A DNA stretch of 51,238 nucleotides, taken from the NCBI RefSeq assembly GCF_000315625.1, contig NW_005434563.1, positions 48,085 through 99,322 of the forward strand, in the 5' to 3' direction. Of this stretch, positions 1 through 21,729 are shown piece after piece; within the stretch, counting starts at the first letter, position 1; every line of letters starts with the position of its first letter. Under the pieces are notes generated by a model, which saw nothing but the letters and a program-made list of their open reading frames with translations, made no database searches and was not told where the DNA came from. The DNA comes from Guillardia theta CCMP2712 (taxonomy: Eukaryota > Protista > Cryptophyta). Both the position numbers and the translations under genes were made by a program.

Positions 1-1636
<1,636 letters not shown>

Positions 1637-2116
1637 AGGAGGACGGGAAGGAGGACGGGAAGGAGGACGGGAATGAGGACGGGAAGGAGGGCAAGGCAGA
1701 AAGGAGGAATTGAAACATCCTCGTGATCTCACGAGGATCAGGCGGAAGAGGAGGAGGGGGTCAAAAAACGAGCTCGAGAGACGATACCGAAGGAAGCGTC
1801 TTACGAGGAGGAGCAACGTCACAGGCGTTGCACGGGGGAGGAAGAGGAAGAGGAGCCGCAGGCTCGGGCCACATGCGGGTGCTGGAGGGTTGACGAGAAG
1901 AGGCAATAAGGGGAAAGAGACAGTCGAGGACGGGGGAGGTCGGAGGAGCAGCGAAAATGACGAGCGCAACTGCTGCTGAGTTGCTGAGAAAGATGTAACG
2001 AGTCGTGTGGGCAGGAGGAGGAGCTTGCGACAAGAGTGTAAAAAGATTTATCTATGTAAAAAGTTCCCTTCACAATCGAGAGAAAACAAGAACACAAGTG
2101 GAGAAGTCATCTTCAA

Positions 2117-2184
2117 CAACATCAACTACAGGAACAACATGAAAAAACTTCAACATCAACTACAGGAACAACATGAAAAAACTT
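2117..2184. repeat. 34-bp direct tandem duplication (CAACATCAACTACAGGAACAACATGAAAAAACTT x2)
   Basis: Two exact adjacent copies at 2117-2150 and 2151-2184, between convergent gene ends. Confidence 0.9.
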
Positions 2185-2223
2185 GATAACACAATCAACA
2201 ACAACACAACACAAGTCTCTTCA

Positions 2224-3811
2224 TCACATTACGCGCATGGAGCTCCTGTGAGGAGGTTGGGGGGAGGAAAACTTGCAGCCTGGCGGAGTGGTCAGTAGCT
2301 TTAAAATGTAGAACGAGGGATCAATCTGATCAGGGAGGGAGGGAGAGGAGGGAGGGAGGGAGGGAGGGAGGGAGGGAGGGAGGGAGGGAGGAGCGGGGGG
2401 GGGGGGGGTTAACAAGCAGGGAACCAGGAGGGGGGCTTNNNNNNNNNNNNNNNNNNNNNNNNNNNNNNNNNNNNNNNNNNNNNNNNNNNNNNNNNNNNNN
2501 NNNNNNNNNNNNNNNNNNNNNNNNNNNNNNNNNNNNNNNNNNNNNNNNNNNNNNNNNNNNNNNNNNNNNNNNNNNNNNNNNNNNNNNNNNNNNNNNNNNN
2601 NNNNNNNNNNNNNNNNNNNNNNNNNNNNNNNNNNNNNNNNNNNNNNNNNNNNNNNNNNNNNNNNNNNNNNNNNNNNNNNGAGGAGGAAATGCGTATCCCA
2701 TGCTCGGGGTCTGAGGGGAGGAGGGGAAGGAGGTGGCAGGCGCCATCTTGTAGCTGCCTGGCCCAGTGAGGTAGAAGGAGTTGTCGTCCTCGGCCTTGTC
2801 AGGGAGAATGTTTCTCTTCCGCAGGTCAGCTTCCAGGTCAAGGAGCTGCTATGACGTTAGATCCTACAGGGGAGAGGAGGGTGGGAGGACGAAAGACAGG
2901 AGAGTGGAGGTGATGGAAAGTCGTCTCAAGAGACATGGAGGGGAAAGAAGAGCACCGAACAGCGCAAGGCAAGAGAGAGAAGGGAGGGAGGTTGTAGGAG
3001 ACCTGGATCATGAAGCCTGTGTTGGGGTTTGCGATGGGCCTTCCCGTTCTCACTTGCTTCAGCGCGTTGACGAGCGTCATGGCCTGGTACTCCATCAAGT
3101 AGGCGCAGATGCAGGTGGAGCTGCGGGGGATCCCAGCGAAGCAGTGAACCAGCACGCCGCCGGCTCTGATCGTAAGATACTGTGTAAGAGTTCTGCGTGC
3201 AGGAGTGGAGAGGAGAAAAGCAGAGGGGAGGAAGGGTAGGATGCAAGGTGGGATGCTAGAAGCAGAGTTTGCTCACTTTCTCCCCTCATCGATGAACTTT
3301 GACGTCTCGGCGAAGAATCTCGAAAGGTTCTGCAAACAATCGTAAGAGATGAGCTGGTCCGATCCTCTACCCTCCTCCTCCTCTCTATCCTTTCACCTCT
3401 TCGGGCATGTCGTGAGAGTAGATAACTTTGTAAACAAAGTCATCGGGAGCATATGCTTCGCTCCGGCCTCCAAGCTCAGGCCTGTATGCTCCCCAGCCGA
3501 GCTGGTAAAGTTGTCAGCGAGAGAGTTGCCCACTCATCATCATTTTCACCAAGTTCAGCACGTGCGAGACGCCGAGCTGCTTCAGGCATGCAGTCTCGCA
3601 CGCTCCTTCCAGCCCACTGATGTACATCCCATCATACACCTGAGCCGGCATCAGCAAAATCCGCACAACCATTGCAGTGCTCTCAAACCTCCCATACGTT
3701 GGAGCAAGTAGGCTTCTTGTTCTGAGAGACGCCATGTCAACATATTCATCACCGCACAAGAGGGGACGAGGTTACAAGGTTTGCTTGATACGATGAAAAA
3801 CAGTTTCCCAT
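2224..3811 (-). CDS. Atypical dual-specificity protein phosphatase (DUSP15/22-like) with N-terminal MGNC acylation motif; 3' end uncertain (gap)
   Basis: Spliced: MGNCFSSYQANL|NKKPTCSN|VYDGMYISGLEGACETACLKQLGVSHVLNL|...FVYKVIYSHDMPEE|NLSRFFAETSKFIDEGRK|AGGVLVHCFAGIPRSSTCICAYLMEYQAMTLVNALKQVRTGRPIANPNTGFMIQ|LLDLEADL. The HCx5R motif, general-acid Asp, AYLM and PNxGF motifs are all present. Confidence 0.9.
2439..2679. other. Assembly gap (N run)
   Basis: Ns in sequence. Confidence 1.
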
Positions 3812-6602
3812 TTGCTCCGCTAGTACTCCACAGGCACCGAACTCATCCACGTCACCACCGCCTTCCTGCTTTCTCACTAGCGTCACCAGCAACAAACTCG
3901 ATCCTTCAAGAGATTTCATGGTGGTGGAGATGCGTCAGTAGTATCTGAATGTGTGATCATGCGGAGTGACAGCAGCAGTCTATGCAGGCAGGCATCCCTT
4001 CTGTCTAGAGCGCGTCTCAGAGGACAGGCAACAGCGCGCATGTCAACAGAGCTCCTTATGTCCGTTGCCCTCATGCATGCGATGCTGAGTGAGCGAGGGA
4101 TAGGACACGCTCTCTCCTATTCATGAGCCCTTGCGAGCTCTTTTACACCAGCCTTTCCTACCCACCCTTGCTCTACGATGGGTCGGCGTGTAATGGTGAG
4201 AAAATCTATGCTCGGCCTTACCCCACTGCATCATTGACCTCAAGATGCACGAGAAGATTTCAAGCAACAGGGTTGGCATGCGATGCTGCACTTGCTCACA
4301 TGAGATGTCTCGCACTGCTACACACAAGAGCTGCCGCATGCAGGGAGGCCATGCCGACGACACCTCAGACCTTTTACGGGTTCATCGTTCGCATCCCAAC
4401 CACCACATGAGATCCGAATGTGCAGATGCTGAGCTACATCACCTTGTTGTGCAGCAGCAAGGCTTCGAAGCCTGCAGATCAAGACCGTTAGATGTCATCA
4501 CAAAGATCCATTTCCTTGCAGTCGTCTGAGCAAGCATTACACTCAGGATTCGAATTTTCCGTTATGCTCTCTATCGAAAGCGTCCACTCTCAAGACCAAC
4601 CATGATAAACAAGTTCAGCCATTGAGAACAAGATTTAGACAGATGACATGCGCGCAAAGAACATAGAGTCCCGCCAGCTTTCCTCTACAGCTTCCTTCCT
4701 CCCCATGTTGCATGCCCGTCACCGCCGCTCAACTATACAAACAGCCATCCTCCTACCATTCTCAGACGTGACATTAACAAGTTTGAATTCAGCATCGTAT
4801 ATCCATGGATTCCTTCTTCCAGCATTCTACACTCCCTTCAACCCACAATCTTTCTCCTCCTCTGCCCATGAAGCAACGGGTTCCGCCGGTTGTCGGCATG
4901 TCCACCCCAGATCCCGCTTGTCCTACAATACAGGTCATAGCAGTACTAGGACCCGATCACCCCCCTTGCTACCTGATCCCCCGCTTGCTGACTACAGGAC
5001 AGCGATCACCACCCACAAAAAACCAGGCAATACTACCCCTGGGCATTCAAACACCCTACCCCCGCTCCAGCCAATTCATCCCTGTCAATTGGAACCCTGG
5101 AGGAAAGATAGCAGCACCTACCCCTACTCTTACAAGAAGCAGCATTGGTACCCCCATTTTCATACTCTGGTACCCCACCATTTGTACTGTGTATATTGAT
5201 GTAAAGTAAACAGCACCCGTCCTTTGACCATCTCTGTGACCCACCCTACCCTCTGGGAGTTGACCGGGCCAGCGTGCGAGGGTCGTGTCGATCAGCCCGT
5301 CGGACCCGGCGGCCCGGAGTCCCCATAACGGTTATGTAACGGCAGCACTGCGCAAGACTTCGCTGAATAATAATAACAGATTGTAGCGGGAACATTTAAA
5401 AATGAAGGCCGCATCTCTGGGTACTGAACATATAAAAATAGTTTTTATAATGTTATTAATACATCGTTTTACTGATATAGTGTACCTGAATGGTATTCAG
5501 AGAAAAATGTTTTAAAAAGCATTTCAGGTTTCTTTCACATCACCCTGCATTTCTCCTACAAATGGGAGGGTGGGGGGACCCAGGGGCTGTTTAGGAAGGG
5601 AGGGGTGCTCAAGATAGATGAAAGTGGGGTACATACACTGTCCAATGGAGGAGTGGGTAGTCATCGTACCCCCTATTTCGGGAGGAGAAATCCTTACAAT
5701 CACACCGGTGTGGGTCTTGAGATCGTCGTTTCTTGGGGGTAGGGGTGGCCCACAAAATTGGGGAAATGCTGGGGGTGGCAATAAAGTATTTCGAATTGGT
5801 GGGGTAGGGGGTGGGGGGCTTAACCACCCTTGGACATTGAAGGGGTGCTATAGAAGTCAAAATACGGGGTAGTCAAGGTGATTGGGTATGGAGAGTGGGA
5901 ATATGAGGGGTATTTTGGATCTGGGGGTTGGAGGAGGCTAGCGTACGAGTGGGGAGGAGGGGTGAAGAGGATAGCCAGGCGGCGGAATGCCGCGCGCTTT
6001 GCCAGTGACGGCAGAGAGGAGGATGAGGAGGATGAGGAGGAAGATGAAGGGATGTCGAGGAAATCGCATGAATGCATTGCATGCAACAGTGAAAATTCTG
6101 CATCTATCCCCGAACACTCTCCTGTGATCCCGACCGCTTATTGAAGGCTGGGATGCAGGGAGTGGAGGAAATGATGAGCAGTACAGGGGATGGTCGGAGG
6201 ATCGTGATCAGAGAGTGGTTAGGACAGGTCTTAAGTTGCTCGACTATGTAACTTGAATGTCCCCTCACTTTAAACTCAAAAACTTCGCATCACTTGAAAG
6301 CATCACAAATTTCTCCAAAATCCGTCCTGTGACTGATTCCCGATACCCCCCGGATGTTGTTTGATACCATTGCTGCCCAGCTCTTGTGTGATGGTGTGCT
6401 GGTTTATCCTCTTCACACCTCAAGTTGTTGTGTGCATGGCCGTCTTTCCTGTGAGTGACCTCTGGCTGAGCAGATCAGATTGATTGGTTCATGATTGCAC
6501 AAAGGCCCGGAGCGCCGGGCTTGGCAAGGTTCCACTGGAGAGATTCATGGCCTTATCTTTGACCTGTCTCCGTTTCTAGCTCAGTCTGATTTCTGACCAA
6601 AG

Positions 6603-9600
6603 ATGGACCTTACTTCATACCCAATGAACGCTCCTACTCGCCCGTTGGTGAGTCTTGGTTGCCTTTCCTCTCTCGCTCTGCACGATTGCCTACGGAGAGC
6701 TCACATGATCTTTCTAGGGCGAGTGGACTGTTGATGATGTCACAAACTTCATCGAAAGTGGCAGAAGAAAATTCGGGGAGAGGACCGATGCTTACAAGCA
6801 GCTGATTATTGAGAATGACGTGGATGGGGAGGTATTGTTTACATGCTAGTCTGTGGGCTGTCTGACTTCGTGTCAGCTTCTTGTGGACATGACAGACGAT
6901 CAGCTCGTTCGCCTTGGAATATCCAGCTTCGGCCATCGCCATTTCATTCTCAAGCGAATCCAGACAATGACGGGCGGGAACAAGAACATGTCTTCGCCCC
7001 CTGGTGCCTCTACTACAACGACCTACGCCAGCTCGTCGTCTACTCTGCCAAAACAAGCTCCGCAGTCGAGCAGCTCGTCTGCTCAAAGTATGTCAGCCGG
7101 TGGAATTCCCAACCTCGTGGTCAGGGATGACAAGCTCGTGTCTCAAACGCGACAAGCTCAGCCCAGACTGCACCAGCCTACTCCTCGGATCAACGAGGCT
7201 CAAGTTACAGTAGGGCGTAAGATTGGAAGTGGATCTGTTGGTCATGTATACGAGGGGAAATATGAGCAACATCCTGTTGCGATCAAGAAGCACAAGTTGG
7301 ATGGAAGCATGATGGATCAAAAAGCATTGATAGAATTCGAGATTGAAGTTGGCAAGATGACTGCTGTCAACCATCCTTGTATAGTACGATGTTATGGAAT
7401 GCTGGAACCTTCCCCTGGAATTGTGATGGAGCTTGTGCAAGGGGGTAGTCTGTTTCAAATCTTGCATGGCGAGCGAGGTGAAACGTTTGCGCAATATAAC
7501 CAAAGGCTACACTGGTTCACACGGCTCCGATTCCTCCTCGATGCGATGTATGGACTGAGGGCAGTGCATAATGCTGGACTCATTCACGGGGACTTCAAGA
7601 CTTTGAACTTGCTTGTTGGGCCGGATCAGCGCGTCAAAGTACTATCGTGATTCCACATCTCCTTGCGGTCTCGCTAACATCGTCACCAGGTTGCCGACTT
7701 TGGACTCTCGAAAGTGCTGGACGCACTTTCTGTGCTACCAGGAACCAAGACCATCACGGGAACTCCGCAGTACATGGCTCCCGAAGTCATGCTCACACAG
7801 CCACAGGGAATGCGTGTAGACATTTACAGCGTTGGTATCGTCATGTGGGAAGTGCTTACGGGCGCCATACCTTGGAAAGGGATGGACATCGTGCAGATTA
7901 TTCACCAGGTTACGCAGGAGGCAAACAAGACCCAGAAGCCTCCACCAGGACGTCCTCCCGTGGACAACATGCACTTGCTGTGCGCTCCCTTGGGATACGT
8001 GCAGGTCATGCACGAATGTTGGTCGCATTACCCGAACGAAAGGCCAAGCACGGATCAAGTCGTAGTGCAACTGGAGGCGATTCAAAGGAATGTGTCGCAG
8101 CAGAGATCAAATACGCAGAAAGTCCCAGCATTTGCAATGGGCGGAATGCCAGGAATGGAATGCCAACAGGTAATCCTTTCGCGATTCTTATTACAAGTCT
8201 CTTGCGCCGTTTCTTTCGTGTGATCGTGAACTCACACTTGTCTTGCACCAGGGTATGCCAGCTGGCTTCGACCATATTGCAAAAAGGCAGAGGATCGGAG
8301 ATCCACAGCTCCAAAATTATCCCCCGAACCTGATGGTGAGGGCGGGCGATATGGGACCCCCTGCTGCCCCTGCCTGGGCTCCTCCGATGCCGACTGCTCC
8401 CATTCTCAGTGGGCCCAAGGTTGGCTCTCTGAACCCTCCTCCTATGTTCTTGGCAGCTGGTGGTATGGACTACCTGGTGGACATGATGCAAGGCCAAGAT
8501 GTGAAGCAGCAAAAACAGGCTGCCCAGGTTGTGTTCGAGGCGTGTACAGACAATCCTTCAAATCAAGAGCTCTTGAAACAAGCTGGTGGAGTTCCTCAGA
8601 TGGTCAAGCTGTTGAAGGATGGGTCCACTGAAGTTCAAAGCAAAATGGCAGCTGCCATTGCTGCCGCCTGTGCTGACAACAGAGACAATAGGAATCAAGC
8701 CCTCAAGGCCAACGCCATGGCTCCTCTGATTGACTTGCTCGACTCCAAGAGCTCGCAAGCACAAGAGAATGCTGCCAACGCCCTTGCTAACATTATCAAG
8801 AAGAGGACGGATAGCATGGCCGATGCTTCGGGCGATGCTGAGTCGGATGCGGATGGCTCTCGCGGAACAGGTTCGAGTGGAAACGAGTCCTCAACCGAAG
8901 AGGGAAGAGGAGATAATGTCAAGTCTGGACAAGCTGAGCTTAATCGCCGTGGTGGATTGGATAAACTCCTTGGTCTATTGCAGAGTGGGGCCCCGCGTGT
9001 GAAAGAAGCAGCGGCAGCAGCGATCGCCAACGCCATGGCCGACAACAAAGGAAACCGCGAGGCCTTCCAGCAAGCGGGAGGAGTTGCCCCCATGCTTGGC
9101 TTGCTCAAAACCGGAGATCCTATGGCTCAAGAGAATGCCACGACTGCCCTTTGGAATGCGATGGTGGACAACGAGGCGTGCAAGAACGATCTGATCCGAC
9201 AGCAAGGCATGCCTGTCCTTGTACAGGTTCTGTGCACTGGCACAGACGCTGCCCAAGAAAGGGCGGCTGGCGCTATCTGGAAGTCATGTGTGAACGACCC
9301 GTCGATCAAGGAGCAGGTCAAGCAAGCCATCCCTGGGTTGGTTCAGCTTCTCCGTACTGGCTCCCCGGCTGCCAAGGTGCAGGCTGCTGGAGCTCTGCGA
9401 AGTGCTTGTATCAACAGCGCCCCGAACAAGAGGGAACTGAACAGAGTGAATGGAATCTCTGCCTTGGTAGCTGCAAACATGGTGTGACGCCAGCCAGTGA
9501 ATCTCTGATACAGGTTGAGTGCCTGCGGAACGGAATGACGCGTGCAAGGGAGCAGGCAGGAGCTGCTCTGGCGAATGCCTGTGCCAACAGCCCTGACAAC

Positions 9601-10557
9601 CAGGTAGGAGATCATTCCCTTTGTCATCCCTTGCGCACCATGACTCTCGTCTCCAGAATGCAGCCCGTCACGCGGGGGCGATGCAAGTGCTTGTCGATAT
9701 CCTGAGGAACAGGGAGTGCCCCGAGCTCCTGGAGTGTGCTGCTGCTGCCGTCCGCAACCTTTGCGTCAACTCGATGGAGAACAGAGAGGTTTGCTGGAGG
9801 GGATGGCACCATTCCCGTGAATTCACCGTCACACAGGAACTGTTCCGATGCGGTGGCATCCAGCCCCTGCTGATGATGATGCGTCCTGAAGTCAAACCGC
9901 AGCTGCTGGAGTACACGGTAACCACCCCCACTCTCTTCCTGCCTTGGTCTCGATCCCTACAGCCCTCTCTCCATCTCCCAGTGTTGGGCGTGGACCTGAA
10001 GCTCCTGGCAGATTGGGGCTGTATGGAAAGCCTGTACTAAGTGCGACGCGAACAAATCGGCGGTACTGGCCAACGGGCTGAAAGTGATCGAGGAGCTGGT
10101 CAACAACCCCAACCTCTCCGATGAGATTAAGAGGTCAGTTACGAATCTTTCAGTCAAACTGATCTCTAGTTAGAACCTCTCTTCATCTTCTCATCACTAT
10201 TTATCTCCCTTTCTCTTCCTCATCTCCCTTCTTTGCCTTCTTCCATCGCTTGCTTCTTCCCTCCCTCTCTCCTCCTCCCCCATCCAGCTTTGGACCTCCC
10301 TCTTCTTCAATCTATCCCCCTTACATGGCAACAGATGCGCACAAGGGCTGCTTTCGGAGCTTCAGAAGACGGAGCCGCAGGAACAGGCTCGAGCACCAGT
10401 AACGAGTGAGTTCGACGGTGCTGCTCAGCCGCTAGAAGATCCGGTCGCGACGGAGAACGCGGGAGCAGGAGCAGTAGGAGCAGTAGGAGCAGCAGGAGCA
10501 GCAGACGCTTTGCCAATCACGGAGTCGGCAGATGTGCCAGTTGCTGGGAACGCATAA
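6603..10557 (+). CDS. SAM domain - tyrosine-kinase-like (MAP3K/Raf-like) kinase - Armadillo repeat protein
   Basis: SAM: GEWTVDDVTNFI...IIENDVDGE|LLVDMTDDQLVRLGISSFGHRHFILKRI. Kinase: GSGSVG, VAIK, HGDFKTLN, VK|VADFG, GTPQYMAPE, DIYSVG, ECW...RP. About 9 ARM repeats follow (GGVPQMVKLL...AAAAIAN...). Canonical GT-AG introns; stop TAA at 10555-10557. Confidence 0.92.
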
Positions 10558-10989
10558 CATTGAGCTAGTCACTTCCGTTCCTTGCTAGTAAAAACCCTTT
10601 CAAGTTTACATCTCAAATCCCTACTAACATTCCCGCGTCTTTCAGCTCAGTGCAGAGTGGATTGTATGAAAACATTCATCGTGATTTACTGCATCAACAA
10701 CGTTGCATACCTCATCTTGCTGTTTGCTGACTCCGCTTGCTCTGACACTTGACCACCCCCCCTTTCCCCCTCTCCCCTTCTCCTGCTCCCCCGCCCTGAC
10801 CCCTCCCCCGCCCTGCCCCTCCCTCCTGCTGCTTTCTATCCGACATTAGCTCTCATCCTCCTTGCCCCCTCCCTCTCCCTCCCTCCTCCTCCCCAACCTC
10901 CCCTTCAACCCCCTCCTCTCTCACCTCCCCTCACTCTGTCTCTCTGTCTCTCACTCTGAGTATGTCTGTCTGTATGTCGCTCTTCCTAC

Positions 10990-11095
10990 TCCCTGCTCCC
11001 TGCTCCCTGCTCCCTGCTCCCTGCTCCCTGCTCCCTGCTCCCTGCTCCCTGCTCCCTGCTCCCTGCTCCCTGCTCCCTGCTCCCTGCTCCCTTGC
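10990..11095. repeat. Microsatellite (CTCCCTG)n
   Basis: Directly visible heptamer array; the same unit recurs at 33852-34140. Confidence 0.9.
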
Positions 11096-11173
11096 TTCTC
11101 ACCATGATTCTCAACCTTGTTCGGCCTCCTCCGACTTAAAGTTTTCCTCCGACTGCAGACGTACAAAGTTGGT

Positions 11174-11273
11174 NNNNNNNNNNNNNNNNNNNNNNNNNNN
11201 NNNNNNNNNNNNNNNNNNNNNNNNNNNNNNNNNNNNNNNNNNNNNNNNNNNNNNNNNNNNNNNNNNNNNNNNN
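11174..11273. other. Assembly gap (exactly 100 N, probably an unknown-size placeholder)
   Basis: Ns in sequence. Confidence 1.
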
Positions 11274-11608
11274 GCAAGAAAGAAGTTCGGAGGAGTGAGG
11301 AGACGATATGGAGTCAACCAGCGCAAGGGGGAGCAGCTCCACTCGTTGAGGAGGGTGGCTGGAAGGCTTTCGTCAGCGTCCGATTGGAAAGGATGAAGGT
11401 AAACAACGAGAGCAAAGGGAAGCTGAAGCTTCAGACGAGCATCGACACAATCTGGTGCCCGTCAAAGGAGCTTTTTGAGGACTTCTTTGGGTATTGCCCG
11501 AGCCTGTCGCCGAGCTCGACGAGGGAGTCGGTCTTGTACAGCTTTAACAGGTTTGAGTCCGTGGAAGAGTTTGAAAAGGTCGTTGAAGAGAGTTTGAAGA
11601 CACCGTAG
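11274..11608 (+). CDS. 3' exon of an unidentified protein (5' part lost in gap)
   Basis: Open, non-repetitive frame of ~110 codons (…GGWKAFVSVRLERMKV…IDTIWCPSKELFEDFFGYCP…FEKVVEESLKTP*) with coding-like composition. No family recognised. Confidence 0.55.
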
Positions 11609-11824
11609 TATACGAGACAGACAAACAGACGGAGGAGACTGAGAACTAGTACATGATGGAGGTGGTGTTGGTGTGGGAGTGGTGGGAGAGGATGAGAATG
11701 AAAGGTAGCGGAGGATGAGGAGGATGCGGAGTAACGCGGGTAGACAACGTGATCTCTTTTCATAACTTGGTGTAATATATTCTACTTTACATCACCATCA
11801 CTTCCACCCTCTCCTCTGCCGTTC

Positions 11825-21317
<9,493 letters not shown>

Positions 21318-21729
21318 CCCGCCATGGCGCCCGCCAAATCCAAATTTCCGCCATGCAGGCCGTTATAAACCGTGACAGACTGTAGCATGACCGTTATCTC
21401 CGTTATTCTGCTTTCTGGGCCCGCCCCGACATTACTACCTCGGCCGCTGGGGATGCGGGCCAGGAATTTCTTCCATGGAGGCGTAGAGCGAGGGGGCCGA
21501 AATGCACACGGGGGGAGGGGAGGGAGGGGAGGAAGAGGAGGGAGAGGAGGGAAGAGCGAAGGCGGAGAGATGAGAGGAGACATCGTGGTTGATCAAGAAA
21601 GGAAGAGAGAATGGAGGGGACCATGCATGAAAAGGGATAGTTGATGATAGAGGACAGGTCGGCGACATCTGCCTTGCAACCTTTGACGCTACTTCACTGG
21701 AGCTGGCTACATTGCTCAAACTTCAGAGC

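Noticed and set aside
2117-2184. 34-bp direct repeat as CRISPR or transposon footprint
   Set aside because: Only two adjacent copies, with no spacer, TIRs or element between them; a simple tandem duplication.
4121-5244. Several 80-180 aa ORFs upstream of the phosphatase
   Set aside because: No recognisable motifs or consistent exon chain; more likely 5'UTR or intergenic DNA, though a small gene cannot be excluded.
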